Shown here: positions 20,043 to 30,167 of the stretch, in pieces | Numbering within the stretch: position 1 is the first letter of the stretch | Layout of the letters: every line of letters begins with the position of its first letter | Source: Candidatus Marinacidobacterales bacterium | GTDB lineage: Bacteria; Acidobacteriota; Vicinamibacteria; Marinacidobacterales; SMYC01 | DNA: 64,000 bases | Direction: 5' to 3' | Assembly (NCBI GenBank): GCA_965237955.1 | Contig: OZ250169.1 | Span: 608,001 to 672,000, forward strand | Made by a program: the position numbers and the translations under genes | Notes under the pieces: generated by a model | Told to the model about the DNA's origin: nothing | Databases searched by the model: none | Seen by the model: only the letters and a program-made list of their open reading frames with translations

Positions 20043-21461
20043 TTAATAATTGACGACACGTTCTTCCGGGACAGAGCGTCGGAATCGATTGAACAGAGTC
20101 CGTACTCCCTCTGCCGCAAGGACCGCGATGCACACGGTTGTCGAAGTCCGCATCCTGGTGTCCATCCCGGATGTTTGCGACGCCATCGTTGCTAGAGTGA
20201 CATAGCCGATGATGGTCAGTGTGATAAGAAAGCTAGGCCAGTCCTTCCGCTTCCATATGACGCCAAGCCCAATGCCGGCAAGCGCATACAACGAGAGATT
20301 GTAAATTAGCTCCAGCAAGGATGGCGCACCGTAAAGTGTACTGAAGCCATACATGGAAAAGAGCCCAACTGGAATCAAAGCGATGTACCAAAATGGATGC
20401 TCGAGGAAAACTGATATCGCGATGCGACGCATCGCTCTGACGCGTCGACCGTCCTCAGGTGCAAAATTCCGCCAGAAGTTTGACACTTCGAGCTCCTCCT
20501 GCGGACTGCCCAATCGCTCTTCCAGTTCCAACATAAACTGACGGCGAACGACATCGGGGGACACGCCCCCCCGTGCCCAGCGCTCCACGCTCGCGGCACG
20601 GTAGAAAAGCATGTTGAAGGTACTTACGGTGGTATAGGTGAATTCGCCAATAAAGGATAGATTCCGGCCGCTCCATACAAGCACACAGATGAGAGGGAGA
20701 ATCGCGAAGGCGCTGTACATCCGCCAGCGTAGCCGGACCAAAGAACAGAAGATGGGAAAGCAAAACAGGAACAGATAAATTGTCGTCGGCCTAGCGAGCA
20801 CGGACAATCCCAGCCAAAGTCCAGCAAGACTGGCATCTGACAATCGCTGGAGCTTGACGCTACGCGCCAACCAAAGCACTGACAGGGCGATAAACAAGTT
20901 TGCGAGAGACTCGGCTAGTCCCCTGGATCTTTGATTACTATACAAAGTTAGGCTTTTCGCCAGCCCATAAGATTCATAAGATTCATGCACTTAGAAGGGT
21001 TTCGGCAAGCTCTGCTTTATCTAGTTTGTTCTGATACAGGGGACTAGCACGTTAATGTTGTGCGCCGTAGAGGCAGGGTCGATCGCGACCAGGGCCCCCG
21101 CGACAACGCTGAAGGGAGTGTTGTGTATCAATCTCAGACCAACCAGGTAGGCAAGAGCGGCGGTGGCCGAGCCGAGCAGCGTGTTCGCGACGGCGACCGC
21201 TAGATGCGATTCACCGAAGATCCCATACAGTCCAGCGACGAGAAGCGGCATAAGCGGCGGCCGCGCCGCGAACAGATGGCTCGACCAGCCTGATCCACGC
21301 AGCAAATCCAACGCCAGGCTGTGATACGTATCGTCGGAAGAGAGCTCGAAAGGAGAGAGCTCTCGGGAAAGAGCAAAATAATAGAGACACCCGATACGCA
21401 AGGTGAGAGCACAGGTAAAAATGCCCCCAAGAATCATCCAGTCTTGTCTTCGGAGCGCCAC
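20043..21461 (-). pseudogene. ArnT/PMT-like (GT-C) membrane glycosyltransferase interrupted by a MITE
   Basis: SDDTYHSLA, RPPLMP, IDP...NVL|AESLA, LARP; removing 20919-21047 restores the frame. Confidence 0.8.
20919..21043. mobile_element. 125 bp MITE with CTAG target duplication
   Basis: IR TCCCCTG(G/T)ATC; CTAG at 20915-18 and 21044-47. Confidence 0.9.
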
Positions 21462-21533
21462 GCCGCGAATCTCTGCCTTGCGGATACTACCAGAAACATC
21501 GTAGATGTTTCTATCTAATACTTCTCTCCAAGT

Positions 21534-22086
21534 GGATCCGTCCCGCTTCCCGTGGAAATAAGAATGGCGTAACCTCCGGTTAAGCAAAACGAAACCGCGC
21601 CTGGAAAGGCGAGGAGGAGGATTACGCCATGAAGAAGCCTACCAACCATATCGAAGGAGTCTGTAAGCGAGTACCGGGAGTTCGTCCAACTTCGGCTGCG
21701 TAAGCGGGTACTGGAGGCGATCGAGGTCGTGCTCGAGGAAGAAGTCGACCAAGCGCTGGGGTGTGGTAGCTACGAGCGTGCGGAAGACCGCCGTGGATAT
21801 CGCAACGGAGCCGAAACCCGTCGCGTGACGACGTCGGTGGGAACTCGCGAGCTCCGGGTGCCACGAGCCCGCGTGCGAGACGAGGAAACGGGAGAGACGA
21901 CAGAGTTCAGGAGCGAGCTGTTGCCCCGGTACGCGCGCCGGACTCGTGAGGTCGACGAGGCGATCTTGGGGACGTACTTGTCGGGCGCGAATAGCCGCCG
22001 GATCCGCAAAACGCTGAAACCACTGCTCGGTGAGGAGCACCTATCGAAGAGCGCGGTGTCTCGCGTGGTTAGCCGGCTGAAGGAGC
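21534..22086 (+). pseudogene. Truncated, frameshifted copy of the IS256 element
   Basis: Near-identical to the left part of 6040-8800 without the ISL3; extra A in ACCAACCATA. Confidence 0.9.
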
Positions 22087-22183
22087 TTGAGCGAGAGAAC
22101 CGTGAGCTAAAGCGGGCAACGAGCTCCTTCGCAAGGCGTCGGCGTTTTTCGCCCAGGCGGAGCTCGACCGCCGACCGAAGTGA
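22075..22183 (+). pseudogene. IS3-family OrfA C-terminal fragment fused to IS256
   Basis: LKELERENRELKRA...RKASAFFAQAELDRRPK*. Confidence 0.75.
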
Positions 22184-22264
22184 AGGTATTGTTCGTAGAC
22201 GAGAACCGTGAGAGTCCACTGCCCGCAGCCGCCTAGCAACATATCTGGACTCCTCTAGTCAAGC

Positions 22265-22520
22265 CCCTTTCTTAATAAATCTTCCATCGAAGCTGCGCAT
22301 CCATCGCGTCGTGACGAGTGGGTCAGACTGCAAACGTATTCTTCGGCCTCAGTGAGGAGCGTCTTGGGTGCTCCGGGCCATGATGGAAAATCCGCGCGCG
22401 AGGAGCCAATCACTTTGAACGACCTCTTAGGGCCAGTGTTGCTATCGGCTTGACCCCGCGCCGGTCCGACCGGTACGCCATCAGTTGGATGGGTATCGTC
22501 GCAGCCTCTTTTGGAAGGGA
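22265..22520 (-). ncRNA. Predicted seekRNA/bridge RNA of the IS1111-type element
   Basis: Non-coding region 3' of the transposase containing 7-8 nt segments that match both flanks and the element end; boundaries approximate. Confidence 0.7.
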
Positions 22521-22552
22521 AAAAGGAAAACACGAAAGTGGAGCCTCTAAGT

Positions 22553-23584
22553 CTAAGCGGCCATCGGCGACTGGAATTCACTCTCGCGGGTGGAGACGGC
22601 CCAGACGATCCGGGCGAGTTTGTTGGCGACAGCAATCACGGCCTTGTTGTGTCCCCGCGAGCGGTGGACCTTCCGAGCCCAGGCGCGGAGCTTGTCGGGC
22701 GGGCTCTTACTGACGTTCGCCGCGCGGAGCACGGCGCGCCCGCCCTGGGTGAGGAGCATACGGAGGTAGGAGTCGCCACGCTTGGTGATGCGTCCGAGGC
22801 GGCGAATGTCGCCACTGGAGTTTTCCTTGGGAACTAGGCCGAGGTAGCTCGAGAAGCGGCGCCCCGATGGGAAGCGGCGAAGATCGCCGACGAAGCCCAC
22901 GATGGCGGTCGCGGTCAGAAGTCCGATGCCGGGAATGGCGAGAAGTCGTTGGACTTCAGGAAGCTGCTTGGTGAGCGCCTTGAGCTCGTGCTCGATGCCA
23001 GCGCACTTGTCCTTGAGTTCTCGAATCTCGGAGCAGGCATCACGGAGATGCGAACGGAGCACGTCGGGCAAATCAGAATCAGCGTCTTCGACGAGTTCGA
23101 AGAGGGCGGGCACGACGAAGTGAGCGCCCTTTGGGATGATGAATCCGAGTTCGCGCAGGATCCCGCGTACGGCATTGATGCGTGCGGTCCGTGTGGAGAG
23201 CCATCCTGAGCGCAGGCGATGGAGCGCGGCGAGGCTGTGCTGGTGCACGGACTTAATGGGCACGGGAAGAATCTCCTCGTTCCTGTAGGCCTCGAGCAAC
23301 GCTTTGGCGTCGGCGCGGTCGTTCTTGCTCCCGCGTCGATAGGGCCTCACGAGGTGAGGTGGGAGCAGGACGACGTCGTGTCCCAACCTTCGGAACGTCC
23401 TTGCCCAGAAGTGAGCAGAGCCGCAGGCTTCGAGAAGCACGGTGGCAGCGCTCTGTTTGGCAAAAAACGACACCAACTTGGGTCGACTCACACGGAGTTG
23501 CTTGGACACCTTCCCCGCTTCTCCCGAGATGGCAATCTCGAAGACGTTCTTTGCAAGATCCACAGCGATCGTCGTATCTTTCAT
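22553..23584 (-). CDS. IS110-family DEDD recombinase
   Basis: IAVDLAKNVF, LEACG, KNDRADA, IPGIG, LGLVP..SSG, RGDSYLR, AVANKLAR. Confidence 0.95.
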   Translation of the reverse strand: MKDTTIAVDLAKNVFEIAISGEAGKVSKQLRVSRPKLVSFFAKQSAATVLLEACGSAHFWARTFRRLGHDVVLLPPHLVRPYRRGSKNDRADAKALLEAYRNEEILPVPIKSVHQHSLAALHRLRSGWLSTRTARINAVRGILRELGFIIPKGAHFVVPALFELVEDADSDLPDVLRSHLRDACSEIRELKDKCAGIEHELKALTKQLPEVQRLLAIPGIGLLTATAIVGFVGDLRRFPSGRRFSSYLGLVPKENSSGDIRRLGRITKRGDSYLRMLLTQGGRAVLRAANVSKSPPDKLRAWARKVHRSRGHNKAVIAVANKLARIVWAVSTRESEFQSPMAA

Positions 23585-23689
23585 TCGGACTCCTCCTTTT
23601 CGATGCGTATTCGACTGACTTTGGCACATCGATGCCGTCTATGTCAGCGGAGGAGTCCATTCCATCACTTGATGACGGAAGCACCGCGT

Positions 23690-23850
23690 CTGTGCCGTCG
23701 GACTACGATGGAGTCGTCTATACCAAGTTGGATGACGCTGGCGGTTGGAAGACGAAGCTTATTGAAGAGTTGAACGAGGTGGGATTCGCAGGTCAGTTTC
23801 AATTTCCAACTAAGCATCGTACGCGCAGGGCTCGCGATCTATCTGGGTAG
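23690..23850 (+). pseudogene. C-terminal fragment of a TIR-like nucleotide-binding protein
   Basis: VPSDYDGVVYTKLDDAGGWKTKLIEEL resembles the end of CAP12/Pycsar-type TIR domains. Confidence 0.5.
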
Positions 23851-23892
23851 AAACTCCAGTGCTGCATGGAGCGTCCGTTTCATACAATAGCG

Positions 23893-24050
23893 GGAGCATC
23901 CGGGAACCGAGGCCGACTCAACACTGGTGCGATCCAGCCCGTAACTAAGCATGGCCCGGGGATGTTTCGGCACTGTCAGTGGTGACACGCGTGAGCGTGA
24001 TCCCGTTTAGGAGAATGTAACGAATGCCCATCCCTGTTCCCGGATGCTTC
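23893..24050 (+). ncRNA. Predicted bridge RNA
   Basis: 13 bp closing stem AGCATCCGGGAAC (23895-907) / GTTCCCGGATGCT (24036-48) just downstream of a -10 box. Confidence 0.6.
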
Positions 24051-24072
24051 ACGAAGTATGAAGGAGCATCTG

Positions 24073-25461
24073 ATGAAGCACAATCGTCGTCAACCCAAGA
24101 AGCGGACTTCTCCATCCCTGCTGAAGCAAATCAACGTGAATGTCGCTGGGATCGATTGCGGCTCGGCCGAGCATTTCGTCGCAGTTCCACCGGAGCGCGA
24201 TCCTAAACCGATCCGTTCCTTCAGGAGTTTCACGGCCGATCTTCATCGGCTCGCCGACTGGCTCGCGACTTGCGGCGTGACGAGCATCGCGATGGAGTCG
24301 ACCGGCGTCTACTGGATCGCACTGTATGAAATCCTCGAAGCCCGTGGCTTCCAGGTCCTCTTGGTCAACGCGCGCCACGTCAAAAACGTCCCGGGGCGCA
24401 AGAGCGATGTCAGCGATTGCGAATGGCTCCGGGAGTTGCACAGCGTGGGGTTGCTCCGCGGAAGCTTTCGACCCGAAGCAGCCATCACCGCCCTTCGTGG
24501 CTACCTCCGCCACCGAGAGACTCTCGTTCAGAGTGCGGTAACCCATATCCAGCGCATGCAGAAGGCTCTCGTGCAAATGAATCTTCAACTCCACCTTGTG
24601 GTCACTGATATCACGGGTGTCACTGGCATGCGGATTCTACGAGACATCGTTGCCGGACAAACCGACCCCCATCGGCTCGCTAAGCACCGTGACCACCGTT
24701 GTCAGTCCTCCGAGGCCGAGATCGCCGCTGCACTCACCGGCAACTATCGCCCCGAGCACCTCTTCGCTCTCAAGCAGAACCTCGAACTCTTTGATGCTTT
24801 TCAGCTCCAGATCCAAACCTGTGACGTGGCCATCGAATCGCACCTGCAGCTTCTAGCTCAACGCTCAACCCCGAACACCTCCTTGCCACCGCCTCGAAAA
24901 TCGCGCAAGCCCCGAGTGAACGAACCTCGGTTCGAGCTCCGGCCTCTCCTCCACCAGATCGCCGGGGTCGACCTCTCCCAGATCGACGCCATCGGACCCT
25001 ATTCCGCGCTTCGCTTGCTCGCCGAGATCGGTACCGATATGAACCGATGGCCTACTGAAAAGCACTTCACTTCCTGGCTTACCCTCGCGCCCAATAACAA
25101 AATCTCCGGCGGGCGACTCCTCAGCTCGAAAACACAACCCTCTGCAAACCGCGCCGCTGGCATTCTCCGCATGGCCGCACTCAGCCTCGGGCGTACACAG
25201 ACCGCTCTCGGCGCCTACTATCGACGTCTCGCCTATCGCGTCGGTAAATCCAAAGCCATCACCGCCACCGCTCGAAAGCTCGCCATTCTCGTCTACCGCA
25301 CTCTCAAGGATGGGCTCGTCTATCAAGACCCCGGGGCCGCCGCCTACAACGCTCAAGATCGCTCCCGTGCCGTGCGCCGCCTGACCCAACGCGCCGCTGA
25401 CCTCGGTTTCGCTCTCATCGACACTCAAACGGGCGACGTCGTTCAGGCGGTAGTTTCTTAG
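24073..25461 (+). CDS. IS110-family DEDD recombinase
   Basis: AGIDCGS, AMESTGVYW, RKSDVSDCEWL, SWLTLAPNNKISGG, TATARKLA; RBS AAGGAG. Confidence 0.95.
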   Translation: MKHNRRQPKKRTSPSLLKQINVNVAGIDCGSAEHFVAVPPERDPKPIRSFRSFTADLHRLADWLATCGVTSIAMESTGVYWIALYEILEARGFQVLLVNARHVKNVPGRKSDVSDCEWLRELHSVGLLRGSFRPEAAITALRGYLRHRETLVQSAVTHIQRMQKALVQMNLQLHLVVTDITGVTGMRILRDIVAGQTDPHRLAKHRDHRCQSSEAEIAAALTGNYRPEHLFALKQNLELFDAFQLQIQTCDVAIESHLQLLAQRSTPNTSLPPPRKSRKPRVNEPRFELRPLLHQIAGVDLSQIDAIGPYSALRLLAEIGTDMNRWPTEKHFTSWLTLAPNNKISGGRLLSSKTQPSANRAAGILRMAALSLGRTQTALGAYYRRLAYRVGKSKAITATARKLAILVYRTLKDGLVYQDPGAAAYNAQDRSRAVRRLTQRAADLGFALIDTQTGDVVQAVVS

Positions 25462-25586
25462 GAGTTTGGCATACTCTCACGTCATGAGGTGCGCCTGCTA
25501 CGGACTGGCGGAGAGTCTGCACGGTGCAGGACCTCCGTGCAAAGACAGGCGCACCCCGCCCAGATTCTAACTCTTAGGAGACGACG

Positions 25587-26441
25587 ATGCAGAACTTCGT
25601 TTTCCCGGTAACGGACCCGATTAGACAGACCATTGGAAGAAAAGCTCAGCACGTGTATCGTGCCATCGGTCGTATCCCGTTTGCGCAAAAACCCGTTAGA
25701 CCAGTTTTCGTCGTTGGTACAGGTCGATGTGGCTCAAGGGTAGTGCGTAGTCTCATTGCTAGCCACCCAGATTTTGTGTCCTATCAGAGCGAAGCAAACG
25801 ACCTTTGGCATCCACACTCATATAATTACCACCGAAGAACAATAGAAACCCCATCCATGCTATTCGACCCGCAGGAATTTACCAAACGCTCGCTGAAAAG
25901 TTGGACGGTGGAACGCGCGAACGCCATCCGCCTAATATTCTCTGGCTTCTTGACGGTATGGGGGCGTGGAAGACGCCTTGTGCTCAAAAGCAGCATGGTG
26001 AGCTTCATGGTGAAGCAGTTGGTACAAGTATTTCCCGACGGTCTTTTCATCCATATCTACCGAAATGGACCTTCGTTTGTGTTTGAGTCCGTGAAGAAAA
26101 ACTGGCACAAATATCAACATCTAGAAGACGAATCCACGATGCGGATTCATCGCGCCCAATATTGGAGCCGTTGCTTGATAGAGCTTCATCGCGTTAGCCA
26201 AGAGCTGAAACCAATGGGACGGTGGTTAGAGTTCGCATACGAGCGACTATGCGCAGATCCGCGGGACGTGTTACGTGAGATAAGCGTTTACGCCGGAATA
26301 GATCCGGACGCGTACACCTTTGATGTGTCGAGAATTCAGTGCCAGAACTGGAAGGGAAGGAACATCGAGTCGGACAAGGCATGGGAGCCAGCACTCAATG
26401 CCATGCGTGAAGCAGCAGCCCTAAAAGGGTACAGTTTTTAG
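25587..26441 (+). CDS. PAPS-dependent sulfotransferase
   Basis: PVFVVGTGRCGS 5'-PSB loop, LVLKS, FIHIYRNG, YERLCADP. Confidence 0.85.
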   Translation: MQNFVFPVTDPIRQTIGRKAQHVYRAIGRIPFAQKPVRPVFVVGTGRCGSRVVRSLIASHPDFVSYQSEANDLWHPHSYNYHRRTIETPSMLFDPQEFTKRSLKSWTVERANAIRLIFSGFLTVWGRGRRLVLKSSMVSFMVKQLVQVFPDGLFIHIYRNGPSFVFESVKKNWHKYQHLEDESTMRIHRAQYWSRCLIELHRVSQELKPMGRWLEFAYERLCADPRDVLREISVYAGIDPDAYTFDVSRIQCQNWKGRNIESDKAWEPALNAMREAAALKGYSF

Positions 26442-26539
26442 TGGGAAGAAGACAAATGAGCCAAGAGTGGATACGTGTCCCAGCAATTGTTCTAACCGTT
26501 ATCGGCACCAACTATAAGACACACAAAGACATCGTGGTG

Positions 26540-26660
26540 TGCCCCCTGTTAACTGGCCCACTGAAACCTGAACGAACGCGTCAGCTTTTCTAGCGAATAC
26601 GCTTGGAGGCGTTCGATCAAGAGAACTGTGAGGACGCTGTTCGTTGTACGCATTCAACAA
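26540..26660 (-). pseudogene. IS3-family OrfB tail and end remnant
   Basis: YNEQRPHSSLDRTPPSVFA. Confidence 0.55.
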
Positions 26661-27043
26661 TCCCAGCTGGACAGAAAACGCAATTTGGGGTACGCGCAGG
26701 ACTCCCAGCCACACTTGACAACGGGCTCAGTCGCACCAACGTCGAGCCGACCTCTGAGCCGGTGCCACCTACAGAGACTACCGCGTTTCATTCATTCGGG
26801 GTGGCCGTCAGGCCGCGGAAAACTTGAGAGTACCTCTTCACCTCTTCGATGTATCGAGAAGCCGAGTCGAAACCTTTGACCGAGTCAAGACGGATTCGTG
26901 CACCAACGCCCTGCTGACTTGGCCTCTTCACCTCCTCGCCGCCCTCCACCCCACGCGACTCTCTTCGTCAGCATCATCGCGCTCAAGTCCAACCAAAGGA
27001 TCCACGAGGAGAGCGACTGGGACGTGATTGCGAGAGCCATTCG

Positions 27044-28435
27044 TTAGATGCCCGCGTACCACAGTGTCGCCACCAGTAACATCGCCAATAAGTAATGAAG
27101 GTTGTCGCGCAACTGCCAGAGTACCCCGTGGCGGTTCGCGATCACGAGCATGATGGTGCTGCAGGCGGTGGCGACCATCAACGCGATAGCACCTCCGACC
27201 GCCTGCGCGTGCGGGACGAGCAGCATCGTGAGCACCGTGAGAATGCTCGCCTGCAAGATAGAAACGACCATGACGGCTCGGGTATCGCTCCCGAAATGGA
27301 ACCCAAGGCTATTCGACTGCGACAACGCGCTGAACAAAAGATTGATGGAGAAAAAAAGCACTACCATCGCGACCTCGGCGGTCGGCTCGATCCCGAGCAA
27401 CCCGAAGATGGGTCGCTGCAAGACGAGGATAGCGGACGCCGCAGCGACGCAAAACGCCAGCTGAACCCAGGCGAAAAAGAGAAACTGTTTTCTGAAATGC
27501 GCGGGGTCCGCCTCCATGGCGCCGACGATCTTGGGCAGGAGCGCATGCATCGTGCTCAGAATGAACTTCCTGGGGACAACGAAGATACGGTTCACGACCT
27601 GGTAATAGGCGACCTGCGTGACCGAAGCCGCCTGCCCCAAAACGATCACCGCGATATGTTCTTTCAAGAACGCGCCGACCGAAGCCAGTTGGAGAGGCAG
27701 CGTATAGCGCCGATTGAAATTCTGGTGAACCCGCCGGCAGACTGGAATCCATTCATACGGCCCGATTCGAGCAAGCTGTGACCAAACATCAGAGATATGA
27801 GACAAATAGACTAGAGACAGAACGACCACGAAGACTTGCGAGACCACGCGAGAGCCGAGCACGAAAACGCATCCCCAGGCGCGGTCGGAAAGCAGCAAAA
27901 AGGCGGCCAATAACCAGGTGAGGTTCAACACGATCTCGAACGTAGCCATCAGCTTGGCGGTCCTGATCTTCTGTTGCGCGTTGACCAAGGCGCGCAGCGA
28001 ATTGGCAAGCACCGCCGTCAACAAAGAGAGCAGCACAATCGCGACGTTCCAAGCAACCTGCGGGTCCGTCAGAGAATGCTCGATGTTCCAAAACCTCGTT
28101 GCGGGGAAAATCGAAAACACCAAAAAAGCAAGAGACACAACGCCGAACGCGATCGCCACCTGGAACAGCAAACTGGAAAGGAAAATCTCTGCCTGCAAAC
28201 GGGTGTCGTCCACGGGTGCGAACCGTCGTATCGTTAACGTGAAATGGTTGTAAAAAGCACGGGGGAAGGCGCCGACCGCGGTAAAATATTGAACAACGCC
28301 GAAGTAGTCGACGCCGAGATAAAGAATCGTCCCGAATGCAATGACGATTAGCAACCCCTGATTGAAAGCGTCGAGGAGCAACAAGTTGGCCACGAGCTTG
28401 AGAACGTCGCGCGAGAACACGATTCTGGACGGCAC
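27044..28435 (-). CDS. Wzx-type oligosaccharide flippase
   Basis: About 12 hydrophobic segments; LGVDYFG, VAYYQVV, GGAIA; glycan cluster context. Confidence 0.75.
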   Translation of the reverse strand: MPSRIVFSRDVLKLVANLLLLDAFNQGLLIVIAFGTILYLGVDYFGVVQYFTAVGAFPRAFYNHFTLTIRRFAPVDDTRLQAEIFLSSLLFQVAIAFGVVSLAFLVFSIFPATRFWNIEHSLTDPQVAWNVAIVLLSLLTAVLANSLRALVNAQQKIRTAKLMATFEIVLNLTWLLAAFLLLSDRAWGCVFVLGSRVVSQVFVVVLSLVYLSHISDVWSQLARIGPYEWIPVCRRVHQNFNRRYTLPLQLASVGAFLKEHIAVIVLGQAASVTQVAYYQVVNRIFVVPRKFILSTMHALLPKIVGAMEADPAHFRKQFLFFAWVQLAFCVAAASAILVLQRPIFGLLGIEPTAEVAMVVLFFSINLLFSALSQSNSLGFHFGSDTRAVMVVSILQASILTVLTMLLVPHAQAVGGAIALMVATACSTIMLVIANRHGVLWQLRDNLHYLLAMLLVATLWYAGI

Positions 28436-28441
28436 GGTCTA

Positions 28442-28717
28442 TCAGCCAGTGGCAGAAGTGGAGTATTCGGAGTCGGCGTCCAAAGTTGGTGGCAGCCATC
28501 CTTTGATGCTGCTCGCGACCAAAGACGCGACCTCGTCTTGCATGGCCATGGCGTCGGCCCGCTCGTAAATGTTCGCCTTGATCGGGTTCTCGCTCATGAC
28601 GACGTATTGATACATTCCTTCACGCTCGAAATCATAGGTGCAGATATCGCCGAAGATTTCAGGCGATTCGTGTTCGGTGCTGATGTCGCAGAGATCGTGC
28701 TCATATCGAGGCTGCAA
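28442..28717 (-). CDS. Hypothetical protein, probably a C-terminal remnant
   Basis: Coding-like composition, co-oriented between the GT4 and the flippase. Confidence 0.35.
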   Translation of the reverse strand: MQPRYEHDLCDISTEHESPEIFGDICTYDFEREGMYQYVVMSENPIKANIYERADAMAMQDEVASLVASSIKGWLPPTLDADSEYSTSATG

Positions 28718-28853
28718 ATCACGAGCGAGATCCCCACCACGTGAAGCTCCGCTATCTCGGAGGGCTTTCGAACTTTTTCTTCTGGTGCGGATCGAGCGGA
28801 AGCCGGTAGCGGCTGAAGCCGATATTCAAAACGCCGACGCGGGCGGCCTACCG

Positions 28854-30113
28854 TCACCGGGTAGCGCCGCACTCGACGGGCGCCCAATGGGAACGCTGGA
28901 CCGGTGCACCGCTGAGATAAACGAATTCGAGAATGGCCGCGGCGCGTTGGTCCCAGGTCCGGAAACGCACACTCTCACGACCAGCAGCGCTGAGCCGTTG
29001 GGCCAGGGCAGGGTCCTCCAAAATCTGACGTATACCGCGTGCCAAATCATCGGGGCAATCGGGCCGCACCAAAAGCGCGTTTTTCCCGTCCTCGAACAGC
29101 TCGCCCAGCGACGGAAGATCGGACGCAACCACGGGACGCCCCGATGCCATGTACTCGAAGGCTTTGAGGGGCGACGTGCACCTCGCTGAGATCCGTGCAT
29201 TGGCAGAATTGGGCAGAAGAAGAACGTCCGACGCGGCGAGATAGATGGGCACCCGAACCGGAGGCACATGGTCCTCGATACGCACGTTCGATAACTCTTG
29301 CACCTCCACTCTTTGACGAAGGCGAGAGACGTCCTCCGTCGTCCCACCCACGACGAGGAACGTGACATCGGGCATTTTCTCGGCGCAAGCCACCACGGTG
29401 TCGATCCCCTTCCAGGAATAAAGATGCCCGGTATAACCCGCCACCGGTCCGTCAGTATCGAGCGCGAGCGCTCTTCGCGCTTTCTGTCGGTCCATGCGCG
29501 GTGTCAAAAGACGGGCATCCACGGCCGTGGGAGCGACGAAGAAGAGCTCTCGCGGAGCGCCTAGAGCCACGCAATCTTCAACGAGATGGCGATTGATGAC
29601 GACGATCGCCGTCGCGGCGCGAGAAATGATTTTAACCCAGCGCCTCGTCAGCCCGCGATCGGGAAGCGAGTGAAGCTCCATAACAAAGGCGCGTCCTGCG
29701 AGCGCAAGACCGAGAGCCACGAACATGTCCCGAGTGTAGAGCAAAGGGTTCCCGTCCCATCGGCGACGTACGGACTGGATGGTGAACAGCGTCGAATGAG
29801 CGACGAACAGCATCATTTGTATGCGTGGGTTGGCGCTGAGTCTCAGTAAGTCGGGGCAATTCGTTTCGACGAGCCGGAAGGGACACTCCACGTCGTAGTA
29901 GCTCAGCGCGTCGACACCTTCCATCGCAGAGGTGTTTCGCCGACGTGGATATGTGAGCTCGACGTCGAGACCGAGCCGGCGAAAAGCTTCACGCATCTTG
30001 AAGCTCTGCAGGACGTGCGCCTTCTCGCTCGGCACCCGCAGGTTGGCGACGTAGACGAGCTTTCCTTCATAGCACGCCAGCGAGGAATCCATCGGCGCGA
30101 TCTTACACGGCAC
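28854..30113 (-). CDS. GT4-family glycosyltransferase
   Basis: YTGHLYSWKG, SPLKAFEYMASGRPVVASD. Confidence 0.9.
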   Translation of the reverse strand: MPCKIAPMDSSLACYEGKLVYVANLRVPSEKAHVLQSFKMREAFRRLGLDVELTYPRRRNTSAMEGVDALSYYDVECPFRLVETNCPDLLRLSANPRIQMMLFVAHSTLFTIQSVRRRWDGNPLLYTRDMFVALGLALAGRAFVMELHSLPDRGLTRRWVKIISRAATAIVVINRHLVEDCVALGAPRELFFVAPTAVDARLLTPRMDRQKARRALALDTDGPVAGYTGHLYSWKGIDTVVACAEKMPDVTFLVVGGTTEDVSRLRQRVEVQELSNVRIEDHVPPVRVPIYLAASDVLLLPNSANARISARCTSPLKAFEYMASGRPVVASDLPSLGELFEDGKNALLVRPDCPDDLARGIRQILEDPALAQRLSAAGRESVRFRTWDQRAAAILEFVYLSGAPVQRSHWAPVECGATR

Positions 30114-30167
30114 GGTCGGACCTCACAACGTTGTTTCGTCATCACCTCGCGACAGAGGATTGATAAC

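Larger units (their letters stand above)
22243..23665 (-). mobile_element. IS110 family, IS1111-type element
   Basis: Subterminal IR TGGACTCCTC (22246-55) / GAGGAGTCCA (23650-59); CAT core at both junctions; TTGACT -35 near the right end; downstream non-coding region. Confidence 0.88.
23872..25464 (+). mobile_element. IS110-family element (IS110 group, upstream non-coding end)
   Basis: GGAG at both junctions; TACAAT -10 at 23883; ends TTTCTTAGGAG. Confidence 0.75.

Noticed and set aside
22225-23690. Integron attC site as the IS1111 target
   Set aside because: GCCTAGC only loosely resembles RYYYAAC; no matching GTTRRRY arm, cassette array or intI was seen
26660-27040. Possible ncRNA or IS remnant between the sulfotransferase and the flippase
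   Set aside because: No stem, repeat or protein motif that I could support by eye
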